Positions 26,478-35,303 of a stretch of DNA of 64,000 nt are shown piece after piece (positions within the stretch are counted from its first letter, which is position 1; each line of letters starts with the position of its first letter). A program made the position numbers and the translations under genes. The notes below the pieces were generated by a model. That model saw only the letters and a list, made by a program, of their open reading frames with translations, was not told where the DNA came from and made no database searches. This DNA comes from a bacterium (lineage in GTDB: Bacteria; Arandabacterota; Arandabacteria; Arandabacterales; Arandabacteraceae): the NCBI GenBank assembly GCA_025774405.1, contig JALGWB010000001.1, positions 16,609 to 80,608 of the forward strand, given 5' to 3'.

Positions 26478-27056
26478 CTATGTTATGCTCGCGTACATTT
26501 CTGGTTTGTGTGTTTTTATCCAAGTGGCTGCGTTTGGTGGGTGTGTGCCCTCACCTCGCCAACTGATGCCGCCGCCGTTTGTGAGCTCGAGGATGTCGGC
26601 CATAGAAGCCCAACTGGAGTAGCTAACGCCCTCATAGGTGGGTTTGCGTATACCTCGACTGTCACCGTTGCCACGTGGTCCGCCCGTGGACCCCTTGCGC
26701 TTTTTTCCATAGACGGTTTCTATTCTGTCTATGGCAGCGGTGCCGTCCTCACGTCGGCCAATGCAGAAGCTAGTTATGGCGTCGGGTATGGCTACGCTGT
26801 TGACCCGTTCGAGGATCGCTTTGGCACATGGCGCGAAATCCGCCGATAGCTTCTCTATGAGCTCATCGTGAATAGACCGCTCCAAAGACCGAATCTCACG
26901 GGTTAGCGATCCGATAGTCCGAGCGAACATTATGGGATCTCTCTCCTCGAGATCGTAGCGCATGTCCTTCAAAGTTTCCAATTGTAACAGTGTTGCCGAT
27001 GGCGTTTTGGTCGCTGCCACTTTACTAGTTATCGCCGTCGTCTTCTCATTAGGCAT
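26478..27056 (-). CDS. hypothetical protein, first gene of the leftward operon
   Basis: 192-aa ORF bordering the divergent control region. Confidence 0.45.
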   Translation of the reverse strand: MPNEKTTAITSKVAATKTPSATLLQLETLKDMRYDLEERDPIMFARTIGSLTREIRSLERSIHDELIEKLSADFAPCAKAILERVNSVAIPDAITSFCIGRREDGTAAIDRIETVYGKKRKGSTGGPRGNGDSRGIRKPTYEGVSYSSWASMADILELTNGGGISWRGEGTHPPNAATWIKTHKPEMYASIT

Positions 27057-27437
27057 GTCATTCCCTCCACATGCGTGACGCCGGCGGCCTAGCCTAGAGT
27101 CGATCCATATGGAGGTTGATCGGTCGCGGAGGTTCCTCCCCTCCCCTCACCCTCGCCCAACACCTCATTTTTTAAGGTACTCAAACCTACCCCCATGATA
27201 GTCCTCGTGATGTAGATGTCAAATCCGCTATTGTAGCGATGTGCGGTCGGTTGCTGTTTTCTATACCATAACACGACGACTCAAAAGCAGGTTTTCCTGC
27301 TTTATGGGAACCCTGGCGCAGGAAAGTGAGATGGGGATGGATAGCCCCAGCCTCCATTTCCCCCATGTCTGAAACTTTTCCCTCTGCATAACAGCGTAAA
27401 CGACTACAACCCGCTGCTAAGGACTAGGCTAGACCGT

Positions 27438-27507
27438 AGTTCACATAATGGTTATTAGCGGTTGGTTTACATAATGGCTATCTGTCTGTGGGTAGTTTAC
27501 ATAACGG
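27438..27507. promoter_or_regulatory. three direct repeats of GTTyACATAAyGG spaced about 26-31 bp apart, immediately upstream of the rightward promoter (4th copy at 29423-29433)
   Basis: AGTTCACATAATGG, GGTTTACATAATGG, AGTTTACATAACGG read directly. Confidence 0.55.
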
Positions 27508-27535
27508 CTAGATAACCACTAGCCAAAATTGGGCC

Positions 27536-27564
27536 TTGACAAGAGTGCCAATTAGGTGTATAAT
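27536..27564 (+). promoter_or_regulatory. consensus sigma70-type promoter TTGACA-17 bp-TATAAT
   Basis: TTGACA at 27536-27541, 17-nt spacer, TATAAT at 27559-27564; faces the rightward gene block. Confidence 0.6.
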
Positions 27565-27613
27565 AGTAATTGCTAGGCTAAAGGGCAGGCTGGGCAATCT
27601 ATGTAGTGGCATC

Positions 27614-27723
27614 CGAGAAGTCGGCTTTTTCTCTCAGGCAACCAGGAAGGAAGTTCATTCCTTCCCCCTGTTTGGATGCCCAGGGTTGCCCTTGGTTGCC
27701 TGAGAGAAGAGGGCGACTTCTCG
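27614..27723 (+). other. large imperfect hairpin (about 30-bp arms) enclosing a second 7-bp palindrome, in the leader between promoter and first rightward gene
   Basis: Left arm CGAGAAGTCGGCTTTTTCTCTCAGGCAACC pairs with right arm GGTTGCCTGAGAGAAGAGGGCGACTTCTCG (24/30); inner GGAAGGA-AGTTCAT-TCCTTCC. Confidence 0.5.
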
Positions 27724-27772
27724 TGTTATAGGCGATGCAAATAGGAGTAACCAGTAGATAAGCCGATTTGCT

Positions 27773-28513
27773 ATGAAGGAAATTCCCCTCACGCAGGACA
27801 AGGTGGCCCTGGTTGATGACCAGGACTACGAATGGCTTAATCAGTGGAAATGGACGTATACTTCTAGGGGCTGCACAGGCTATGCTTATCGGAATGTCTA
27901 TCAAGGCTCCCGATATGTTAGGTGTGTCTTTATGCACCGTTTCATACTGAATCCACCTCCTGGCTTGGAGACAGATCATATCAATGGCAATGGCTTGGAT
28001 AACCGCCGTTGCAATCTGCGTGCGTGCACACATATCCAGAATTCATGGAATAGCCGCAAGCAACAAGGCGCTACGAGTCAGTACAAAGGAGTCTCCTGGG
28101 CACGGAAAAACCAATGCTGGAGGGCGTTTATACATCAAGGTGGTCAGCAGATATCGTTAGGCAACTTTGACTCAGAGGAGGCCGCAGCGCTTGCCTACAA
28201 CTATGCTGCGATCAAACTACGGGGTAGCCATACTCTTCTCAACCTTGTCCCTGACGGCCCTCCTCCATCCCGTCGACTAAAAAAGCGTCCAGGAAAGACT
28301 TCTCGCTATGTAGGAGTCTCCTGGTCTCGCCAACCGCAAGGTTGGCGAGCTGAGATTCGAGTTAAAGGCAAGCTCATATATCTGGGTTGCTTCACCTCAG
28401 AGGATGAGGCAGCGCGGGTCTGGAATGCGGCAGCGCTGAAGTGGAGAGGACCAGGAGCCAAGCAAAACATAGTACAAGGAGAAAGAGATGAATTTCTTGT
28501 TGAGCGAAGTTGA
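27773..28513 (+). CDS. HNH endonuclease with two AP2 DNA-binding domains
   Basis: HNH core HRFILNPPPGLETDHINGNGLDNRRCNLR; AP2 repeats YKGVSWARKNQCWRAFI and YVGVSWSRQPQGWRAEIRVKGKLIYLGCF. Confidence 0.8.
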   Translation: MKEIPLTQDKVALVDDQDYEWLNQWKWTYTSRGCTGYAYRNVYQGSRYVRCVFMHRFILNPPPGLETDHINGNGLDNRRCNLRACTHIQNSWNSRKQQGATSQYKGVSWARKNQCWRAFIHQGGQQISLGNFDSEEAAALAYNYAAIKLRGSHTLLNLVPDGPPPSRRLKKRPGKTSRYVGVSWSRQPQGWRAEIRVKGKLIYLGCFTSEDEAARVWNAAALKWRGPGAKQNIVQGERDEFLVERS

Positions 28514-29411
28514 GTTGTCAAGAAAGCCAAGGCTCTCTTTTTCATGGAGCGAGAAGCCTGTGCCTGTTCCCTATCACCGCCCACGAGACCCAGAGAGAAG
28601 GAAAAGATACTGTAATTTCTATTCTACTGAGATCGGTCTCTTAAGCGGTAGTCGGGTTTTCAAGCACGGGCCATGTGGAATCTTTCAAGGACCCGACCCA
28701 TGCCCTTCCTGCAGAGCAAGCCGCAAGCGAGAGATTCGCCTCGACTTGTCTTTGGCAAAGGAGATTTTCTATTTCTATGTACTTGCCCCCTCCAAAACAG
28801 AATGGGATACTCTCACCAAATACTGGAAGCGTCACAACATTCTCTTCAAGTGGTGCTATCAGGGCGAGAACTTGCTCCGACTGGTCTTTCTCAGTGGATT
28901 CGACGAACGGATAGGCAAAAGAGGGGCCACTAGGGCGTCGAGTCTCAACTCTGTCTCACTTGACATGATAAGCCTCGATACAATCATGAATCAGATGCCG
29001 TTAGGGTCGAGTTTCCATGGAACATTGAGGGCCTCAAGGGGAGGAAGAGGGAAGCCAGAAGACGAGCAGACCGAGGATGTTCCCCCTGTACCTAAAGAGG
29101 CAATCCCCATAGAGGTCTTTTATGTTAAGGCTTCTCCTGGGGTCGAAGACGAAGCCTGGGATGCCGCCATGGAGAAGTCTTTGGATCTCAACCCGAAAAC
29201 TAGGCAAGAGCTTATCCAGGGAGTCAGGAGACGCTGTGCTATTTATAAAGCGGAGCTGATTGCTAGGAATGCTGTTATTTCATATTCTCGCTGGGAGAAA
29301 CGTTATGTCCAAATAGCCCTATTGGATTGGGAATCCTACAATTCTATCTGGACAGCTGCCCATGAGAGGGCATTTAGTTTTGCCCTACCTAGCCGTGCTT
29401 ATGTCAATTGA
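28488..29411 (+). CDS. hypothetical protein (position compatible with a terminase small subunit, unproven)
   Basis: 307-aa ORF between the HNH gene and terminase; no recognisable motif. Confidence 0.45.
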   Translation: MNFLLSEVELSRKPRLSFSWSEKPVPVPYHRPRDPERRKRYCNFYSTEIGLLSGSRVFKHGPCGIFQGPDPCPSCRASRKREIRLDLSLAKEIFYFYVLAPSKTEWDTLTKYWKRHNILFKWCYQGENLLRLVFLSGFDERIGKRGATRASSLNSVSLDMISLDTIMNQMPLGSSFHGTLRASRGGRGKPEDEQTEDVPPVPKEAIPIEVFYVKASPGVEDEAWDAAMEKSLDLNPKTRQELIQGVRRRCAIYKAELIARNAVISYSRWEKRYVQIALLDWESYNSIWTAAHERAFSFALPSRAYVN

Positions 29412-29627
29412 CTAGCACGGCTGTTTACATAATCCACGATCTACTACATGGGCCTGAGCCACTAGAGTGGCCAGGTCTGAAAGGTGCTGTTTAAGAAATG
29501 TTTCTCTACTTCGCGCCAACACTCGGAAACTTCCTTCTCTGTCTGGTTTTTTTCCTGGCAGGTTGTCTCTACCTCTACAGTAAATGGTAGGCAGGGCCAG
29601 CAATCCATCTCAGTAGATACGACCTGC

Positions 29628-30155
29628 CTAGCTGCGTCTGGCCCCCCTCACTGCTGTCTTATGACCGATACCTATCTTCTCCTCAATCCAAATGCGTGTA
29701 TCAGGATGCAGTTGCATCTTATCCTTATTCGCCTGGTACCAAGTCTTGGTATTGTCTTCGTAACCCTGTGCCTTGCCAGCTCCCCGCCAATCTGCCAACA
29801 TCTCTTTTCGGTAGCGATCAGGCATAGGTAAGACCTTGATATCACCATCATCCTCTCGCAAAACCCACCATTGCCAGTGATGCCTATTGCGATGGATGTG
29901 CTTGAGCCAAGCTAAGTCGAACTTGTCCTGCACCTCCTGTTTCGTCAGACCGAAGAGCCGCCCCTTGGTCCCTGGCGCGAATCTGTGCCAATCGGGATAG
30001 TTGCCGTAGAAGTATTTCGTATAGGGCCGCCATTCATCAGGCAGGAACTTGCTCCAATCATGCAAAAAGCCCAACCAAGGTATGCCTAACTTGCATGCCT
30101 CAACGAACACAAACCACTTATGTGCAATCATGTAGCGTAAATATTTCAGATACAT
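29628..30155 (-). CDS. hypothetical His/Trp-rich protein (HIHRNRHHWQWW)
   Basis: 175-aa ORF on the opposite strand inside the late region. Confidence 0.5.
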   Translation of the reverse strand: MYLKYLRYMIAHKWFVFVEACKLGIPWLGFLHDWSKFLPDEWRPYTKYFYGNYPDWHRFAPGTKGRLFGLTKQEVQDKFDLAWLKHIHRNRHHWQWWVLREDDGDIKVLPMPDRYRKEMLADWRGAGKAQGYEDNTKTWYQANKDKMQLHPDTRIWIEEKIGIGHKTAVRGARRS

Positions 30156-30725
30156 CTACTGCCTCCTTGCCCACCTCGCCGCTGGATCAACCCAGGCTCC
30201 CTTGTTATCCACTGCCAACTGACTCTTCAGTACAGCCAATATCTCGTCCCTCAGCGCAAACCTCTGCTCCACGGGCAAATGTCTGGCCACTATCTCGGTT
30301 ACTTTCTTGGCCATGGTTACAGCCACACTGACAGGAATCAGATAGCGTCGCTCTTGCTCGATCTTGTTCTTGGTCTGAACTAGCTTCCGAATGGTGTCCA
30401 GCAGCAAGGCTAAGGTCCTCAAGTCTCCCTCTTTCTCAGCCTCAACCACCTTCTCCCTCGCTAGGGCAATCTCCCCCCTCAATTCCAACACCTCAGGGTC
30501 TTCGAGCTCCTGGCTTGACAGTTCTACCAAGTCCACAGGCTCGGCTACTGGCAATCGCTTGTCATGCAACCAGCAATAACCGACCCCCTTGTGGTTAGTT
30601 CTGGCTCCTGCCCATCTGTGACAGATGCCGTCTTTGCCTTCTTTGCAAGGCGCACCACAGATTCTGCTCGGATCATTGCGGGCTTTGGCAAGCCCAATTC
30701 TCACTTTGTCTGTTATCATGGGCAT
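30156..30725 (-). CDS. hypothetical protein with CxC...C..H cluster
   Basis: 189-aa ORF contiguous with the previous gene; CGAPCKEGKDGICHRW...GYCWLHD. Confidence 0.5.
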   Translation of the reverse strand: MPMITDKVRIGLAKARNDPSRICGAPCKEGKDGICHRWAGARTNHKGVGYCWLHDKRLPVAEPVDLVELSSQELEDPEVLELRGEIALAREKVVEAEKEGDLRTLALLLDTIRKLVQTKNKIEQERRYLIPVSVAVTMAKKVTEIVARHLPVEQRFALRDEILAVLKSQLAVDNKGAWVDPAARWARRQ

Positions 30726-30800
30726 GGTTCTTCTCCTAGATAGTCCATGGGGAGGCTCTGGTACTGTCTTGTAAGTAGATACTAGCCGTTATTTCGGAAT

Positions 30801-30843
30801 TTGTCAAGCATACTTGACAATTCAGAAGTTTGCTGCTAAGATA
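30801..30843 (+). promoter_or_regulatory. perfect palindrome TTGTCAAG-cata-CTTGACAA whose right half supplies a TTGACA -35, followed 16-17 nt later by TAAGAT; candidate regulated promoter of the terminase operon
   Basis: Palindrome at 30801-30820 read directly, 14 bp upstream of terminase RBS/ATG at 30857. Confidence 0.45.
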
Positions 30844-30856
30844 GAGACGAGAAAGA

Positions 30857-31717
30857 ATGGAGACTAAAGGCATGGAGACATCCTGGGACGCTAAAAGTCC
30901 ACGCGCAGCCCTTGTTGAAACCTTCCTGACTGGCCTTGGCGAGGAGAAGACCAAGCCCAGGCGAGCTCGTCGGGACTTTGCATACTTCATAGAATATGTC
31001 TTTTCTGATCAGAGAGGAAAGCCCCTCAAGCTTCAGTGGTTCCACAGGCAAATGATCAAATATCTGATGTTTGAGAAGAGGGTGCTGGTACTCTTGCCGA
31101 GATCGTGGGGGAAAAGTACCATAGGCTCAGTAGCCTATCCGGCCTGGCGTCTTGGGGTAAACCGAGACCTCAGAATTATCATAGCATCAAATACTATAAC
31201 GCAAGCTAAGTGGTGGTTATCTGAGATCGAGAACTTGATGCTCAAGAATGATAACTTTCACGAGGTATTCGGCTTCATGGTTCCCAAGCCTAGGACGCTT
31301 CGCTGGACTGATACCGAGAAGCGAGTACTTGGGCGTTCTCCTTACGCTATGCACTCCTCACTTCTAGCCACGGGCATTGGTAGTGCATTGCTAGGAGCTA
31401 GAGCGGATGTTATCATTGCCGATGATTGTATCGGTGAAAGAGAGGCCATTTCACCTATCCAGCGCAAGCAAGCCTCGACCTGGTTCTGGAAAGTTCTCCT
31501 CAACACGTTAGAGCCTGATGGCCAGGTGGTCGTCCTCGGCTCTCCCTGGGGGCCCAATGACCTCTACAAGGAAATCCAGGAGAGATGGAAGGATCTCCCG
31601 TCTGAGATGGCTACCTGGCAACGAGGCGACTTCGTTATGCCAGGGGATTATCCCAGCCAAAGTCAACTGCGTAAGATGGAGCGAGAAGGCAGCCTGGACC
31701 CACTGAGGAATGTTTGA
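30857..31717 (+). CDS. terL: terminase large subunit, ATPase domain (separate ORF)
   Basis: Walker A LLPRSWGKST, Walker B ADVIIADD, coupling motif VLGSPWG; ends at a TGA stop with no nuclease domain. Confidence 0.75.
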   Translation: METKGMETSWDAKSPRAALVETFLTGLGEEKTKPRRARRDFAYFIEYVFSDQRGKPLKLQWFHRQMIKYLMFEKRVLVLLPRSWGKSTIGSVAYPAWRLGVNRDLRIIIASNTITQAKWWLSEIENLMLKNDNFHEVFGFMVPKPRTLRWTDTEKRVLGRSPYAMHSSLLATGIGSALLGARADVIIADDCIGEREAISPIQRKQASTWFWKVLLNTLEPDGQVVVLGSPWGPNDLYKEIQERWKDLPSEMATWQRGDFVMPGDYPSQSQLRKMEREGSLDPLRNV

Positions 31718-31779
31718 TAACTTAGCCCCACTAGAACCTAGACCCACTAGAGAATGTTTGATAACTTTGAGGAGGGAAA

Positions 31780-32268
31780 ATGTTTGACGACGTGATAGTA
31801 ACTGACAAGTATGGAGCTCCAACAATGAGAGGGGAAGTGACCAGATATGGTCTCGTAACAAAGAATCCTGATGATGTCAGAGGTGGCCTATACTGCTGGT
31901 ATAAGCTAAAAAAGGCAGATGAATTTCTCCTCGCCTACAGGATCGAGGCAAGTAAAAAGCCCGTAGTTGAGCACACAGATGTGGAGGAGTGGTATCCTGT
32001 TACGCTCAGAGAGTCTTTCAAGATAGCAGGAAAAGGGCGATTCATGTTCGAGGAAGGAGAAGGGCCCCATATCTGGTTCAGACTCTCGACGTTTACCACA
32101 CCTAACAGGCTGAGGGCCAGGATAGCCGCAGTCAGGTCTGGCTGGCAACGATTCAGGCTTGCAGTTAAGTTTCTAAGAAGACGCCTTCGGGAAACCCTGG
32201 AGATTCTGAAGCCTGTCTATCGAAGAAGTGCCCGTCTCACTAATCCCCTCAGATGGCCTGGATATTAG
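31780..32268 (+). CDS. hypothetical basic protein encoded inside the insertion that splits the terminase gene
   Basis: 162-aa ORF with its own GGAGG RBS; no recognisable homing-endonuclease motif. Confidence 0.4.
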   Translation: MFDDVIVTDKYGAPTMRGEVTRYGLVTKNPDDVRGGLYCWYKLKKADEFLLAYRIEASKKPVVEHTDVEEWYPVTLRESFKIAGKGRFMFEEGEGPHIWFRLSTFTTPNRLRARIAAVRSGWQRFRLAVKFLRRRLRETLEILKPVYRRSARLTNPLRWPGY

Positions 32269-33185
32269 GGAGCATCGCCCCGATAGGCTGGGGGGAAGAG
32301 CATTGGAGGTTTATTATCGCTGGCATCTTGATCATACCTGCTCTAACGAACGACTCAGAAGGTAACCAGATCTCGAATTGGCCTGACCGCTGGCCTCTGA
32401 ATCGTCTCCTGGCTAAGAAGCAGGAGATTGGTCCCATCCCTTTCTCTAGCCAGTTTATGCTTGATCCCGTTAACTTGGAACACGCATTCCTCAAACGGGA
32501 ATGGCTGCAATTCTACCTAGATGAAGACCTTCCTGACCTTATCAACTATATCGGAGTGGACCCGTCACCCTCAGGCAGGCAAGGTACTGACTACTTCGCC
32601 CTCGCTGTTCTAGGGGTAGATGTTGCCCATGTGGGATATCTCGAATCTGCCTACCGCATCCAAATCGATCCCCTGGAGCAGGCTCAGCGTATCCGCATTG
32701 AGGCGGGGGTCTGGCATCCAGCTTTAGTCATGGTAGAAGCCGTGGCAGCTCAAGCTCTCTTTACTCGCTATATGCTTCAGGACGTTACCTTTCCTCTCCG
32801 CGAGGGCACGACCAGATTTCCCAAGGAGCTTCGCTATGTCTCAATGTCTCGCTTATTCGCAAGTGGCAGAATCAAGATCAGAGGCAAGCGAAACAGTGAC
32901 GGCGAGATCGTGCCTGCTGACTCTGTTGCCGACTTTGTTGAAGAGTGGGTAGGCTATGCGCCTAAGGGGCCTCGGGACGACACTTTGGATGCTGTCGAGA
33001 AGGCTATTGAGGCCTCTCAGCTAATCTCAGGCAATCCTGTATTCCAGGCATCTCGCCCTGAAAATGTTCCTGTGGGTCGGGGGACGCATCCTGGACTTGC
33101 AAGTGGCGGCAACTTGCTGAGAGGGACCCGAACGCCATTTGGGAACAGGCAGCTGCGCTCGCGGCGATCCCTAGGGAGACGATAG
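32253..33185 (+). CDS. terL: terminase large subunit, linker plus RNase-H-like nuclease domain (separate ORF)
   Basis: FSSQFMLDP linker motif followed by YIGVDPSPSGRQGTDYFALAV (first catalytic Asp region of terminase nucleases). Confidence 0.7.
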   Translation: MAWILGSIAPIGWGEEHWRFIIAGILIIPALTNDSEGNQISNWPDRWPLNRLLAKKQEIGPIPFSSQFMLDPVNLEHAFLKREWLQFYLDEDLPDLINYIGVDPSPSGRQGTDYFALAVLGVDVAHVGYLESAYRIQIDPLEQAQRIRIEAGVWHPALVMVEAVAAQALFTRYMLQDVTFPLREGTTRFPKELRYVSMSRLFASGRIKIRGKRNSDGEIVPADSVADFVEEWVGYAPKGPRDDTLDAVEKAIEASQLISGNPVFQASRPENVPVGRGTHPGLASGGNLLRGTRTPFGNRQLRSRRSLGRR

Positions 33186-33221
33186 GTTTAGCGAGATACA
33201 CCTTCTACTGGGAGGAAGACA

Positions 33222-33800
33222 ATGACGAGAATACGTTCCTGGTTCCGAGACACAGTTGAACGAATAGTTGAAGACCATCTTGAGAGTCGCTTTGTTGAGA
33301 TGCGTGGCGAGCTCTCCTCGAGTATCAGCCAGACCCAGAACGGCCTAGCTGCCGAGATCAAAGAGCGAGAAGACCGCATTCTGGGCCAATTGAAGAATAC
33401 CGAGAAGGCTATCCAGAGACGTCTCAAAGGCCAACTCACCTACTACCTTGAGAAGAAAATCAAGGCTCCTGATATCCTGGTTCAGGAGGAGCTCCAGCCT
33501 GAAATCGGAACTGACTATATCTTGGTAAACCTCGAGGTGAAAAACAACCAGCCTATCATGTTTGGGGGCAATCTGAATCTGGCCAATCTTGGGCGAGGGG
33601 ACGCCGTGAATCTCGTCTGTCTTTATACCGATCATAAGGGTTCTGAGTCCACCTTCTTCAGACATGAAATCAGAGGCCCGCTTGATGACCCTTTCTACAT
33701 TGTTGAGCCTCAAGTAGTAACTGCGGGAGCGAGAATAGTCTTCCGAGCTCTGCAGGGGCGCTCTCGACCTTTTACTTACTGCTTTTATCGCTGGATATAG
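33222..33800 (+). CDS. hypothetical protein
   Basis: 192-aa ORF between terminase and the portal candidate. Confidence 0.45.
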   Translation: MTRIRSWFRDTVERIVEDHLESRFVEMRGELSSSISQTQNGLAAEIKEREDRILGQLKNTEKAIQRRLKGQLTYYLEKKIKAPDILVQEELQPEIGTDYILVNLEVKNNQPIMFGGNLNLANLGRGDAVNLVCLYTDHKGSESTFFRHEIRGPLDDPFYIVEPQVVTAGARIVFRALQGRSRPFTYCFYRWI

Positions 33801-33842
33801 TTGTTGCGAATAGACTGATGGCGCAGGGGGCTCTGCTAAGTT

Positions 33843-35303
33843 GTGATAAGCTGGTCTAAGGAGATATCCATTATGCCGATTTTAGGGCGAATTGCAAAGA
33901 GACGACTGGTTGAGGCAGCGGTTCCTGTTGACGATACGGCTTCCGATACCTCTCGATGGCGCCGATTGACCGAGAAGGCCCCCAGGAACCTTTCTGACTA
34001 CGACCACAAGCGAATGTTAGATATCGCCTTGTATCTCTATCGCTTCAATCCATTAGCCCATCGAGGCGTTGAGATCATGCGAGATTTCGTAGTGGGCAGT
34101 GGCATTCGTATTGAGGCCAAGGACAAATCCATCCAGTCAGTCATAGATAGGTTCTGGAACAATCCCGTTCATAAGATGGATCGCCTGCTGGCCAGGATAG
34201 CCTTCGAGCTCAGTCTCTATGGGGAATTCATATCTCCCGCACTGGTAAACAGGCATAACGGGGATGTCGAGCTGAGTTATATTTCCCCCCTCCAGGTCAA
34301 GGATGTCACTCTCAATCGAGGAAACCTTCTCCTGTTTGATTCAGTCGAGATCATGCCCACTGACATCTCTACCGAATCATCGAAGCTCAAGGTCATCAAC
34401 CTAGAGACAGATGTTGAGGCCCACCTCGATCCTGAGGACCCAAACTCGCCCTCCACCTATGGCTATCGAACTGGAGACTGTTTCTACTTCTCGGTGAACC
34501 GAGTAGGGGATGCCAGCCGTGGCCTGAGCGATCTCCTGGCTGTTGCCGATTTCGTAGACAGCCTCGACCAACTTATCTTCAATTCATTGGAACGCATGAC
34601 CCACGAGACAGGCTGGCTCTGGGATATCGAGATGCAGGGGGCCTCAAATGAGCAATGCCAGCAGAAAGTCGCGGAGTTAGAGGCCGCTCCTCCCCGACCG
34701 GGCTCCTTCCTAGTCCACAACGAATGGGTCAAGTGGAACCCCATGAAGATCGGTCTGGAAGCCGAGAACGTCACTGACGAGTCTCTTCTCATTCGGAACT
34801 ATGCCCTGGGTGGCATGGGAGTTCCCGTTCACTTCTTCAGTGAACCGCAAGGAGCAGGTCGTGCTGTCGCTGAGTCCATGGCTGCTCCAGCCTATCAATC
34901 TCTGGAGTCTCGCCAGTCTGAAGTTGAGGGCTTTGTTCGGGAGATTCTGGACTTCGTCATAGACCAGAAACTCGTTCGGAAGATGCTAGACAGCAACTTG
35001 GATCGAAGCTATGATGTGATCATGCCAAAGATTTCCCTCCGCAATCTCCAGCGTACAGGAGGGGCCATGAACAGGACGGCGCAGGCTCTCAAGACCGCCC
35101 AAGACGAAGGTTGGATCGATAGCGAGCAAGGAAAGAAAGTCTTTGTGGCCATGCTGGAGCAACTTGGGCTGGGTGTAGACCTCACTCCTAGCCAAGAGTT
35201 GCCAGGTGTCGCTTCTAGCCAAAGGCTACCGTCTGATGTAGGTTTTAGCCAGGCAGATGTAGGTGTCGCTTCTAGCCAGGAACTGCCCAAGGAGCTGCGC
35301 TGA
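33843..35303 (+). CDS. putative portal protein
   Basis: 486-aa ORF directly downstream of the terminase module; size and position typical of portals. Confidence 0.5.
   Translation: MISWSKEISIMPILGRIAKRRLVEAAVPVDDTASDTSRWRRLTEKAPRNLSDYDHKRMLDIALYLYRFNPLAHRGVEIMRDFVVGSGIRIEAKDKSIQSVIDRFWNNPVHKMDRLLARIAFELSLYGEFISPALVNRHNGDVELSYISPLQVKDVTLNRGNLLLFDSVEIMPTDISTESSKLKVINLETDVEAHLDPEDPNSPSTYGYRTGDCFYFSVNRVGDASRGLSDLLAVADFVDSLDQLIFNSLERMTHETGWLWDIEMQGASNEQCQQKVAELEAAPPRPGSFLVHNEWVKWNPMKIGLEAENVTDESLLIRNYALGGMGVPVHFFSEPQGAGRAVAESMAAPAYQSLESRQSEVEGFVREILDFVIDQKLVRKMLDSNLDRSYDVIMPKISLRNLQRTGGAMNRTAQALKTAQDEGWIDSEQGKKVFVAMLEQLGLGVDLTPSQELPGVASSQRLPSDVGFSQADVGVASSQELPKELR

Noticed and set aside
382-27000. 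Numerous plus-strand ORFs inside the leftward gene arm (for example 382..681, 766..1170, 1122..1601, 7884..8234, 9707..9961, 11932..12380, 16114..16413, 20064..20399, 21260..21643, 23235..23781, 25034..25435, 26424..26849)
   Set aside because: All overlap better-supported minus-strand genes in tight operon packing, have no RBS context and give low-complexity translations.
27089-28033. Minus-strand ORFs 27089..27274 and 27599..28033
   Set aside because: They lie over the divergent control region, consensus promoter, hairpin and the HNH-AP2 gene, and have no homology signal.
31780-32268. Calling the terminase-insert ORF a homing endonuclease
   Set aside because: No LAGLIDADG, GIY-YIG, HNH or His-Cys box motif could be found by eye, so it is left as hypothetical.
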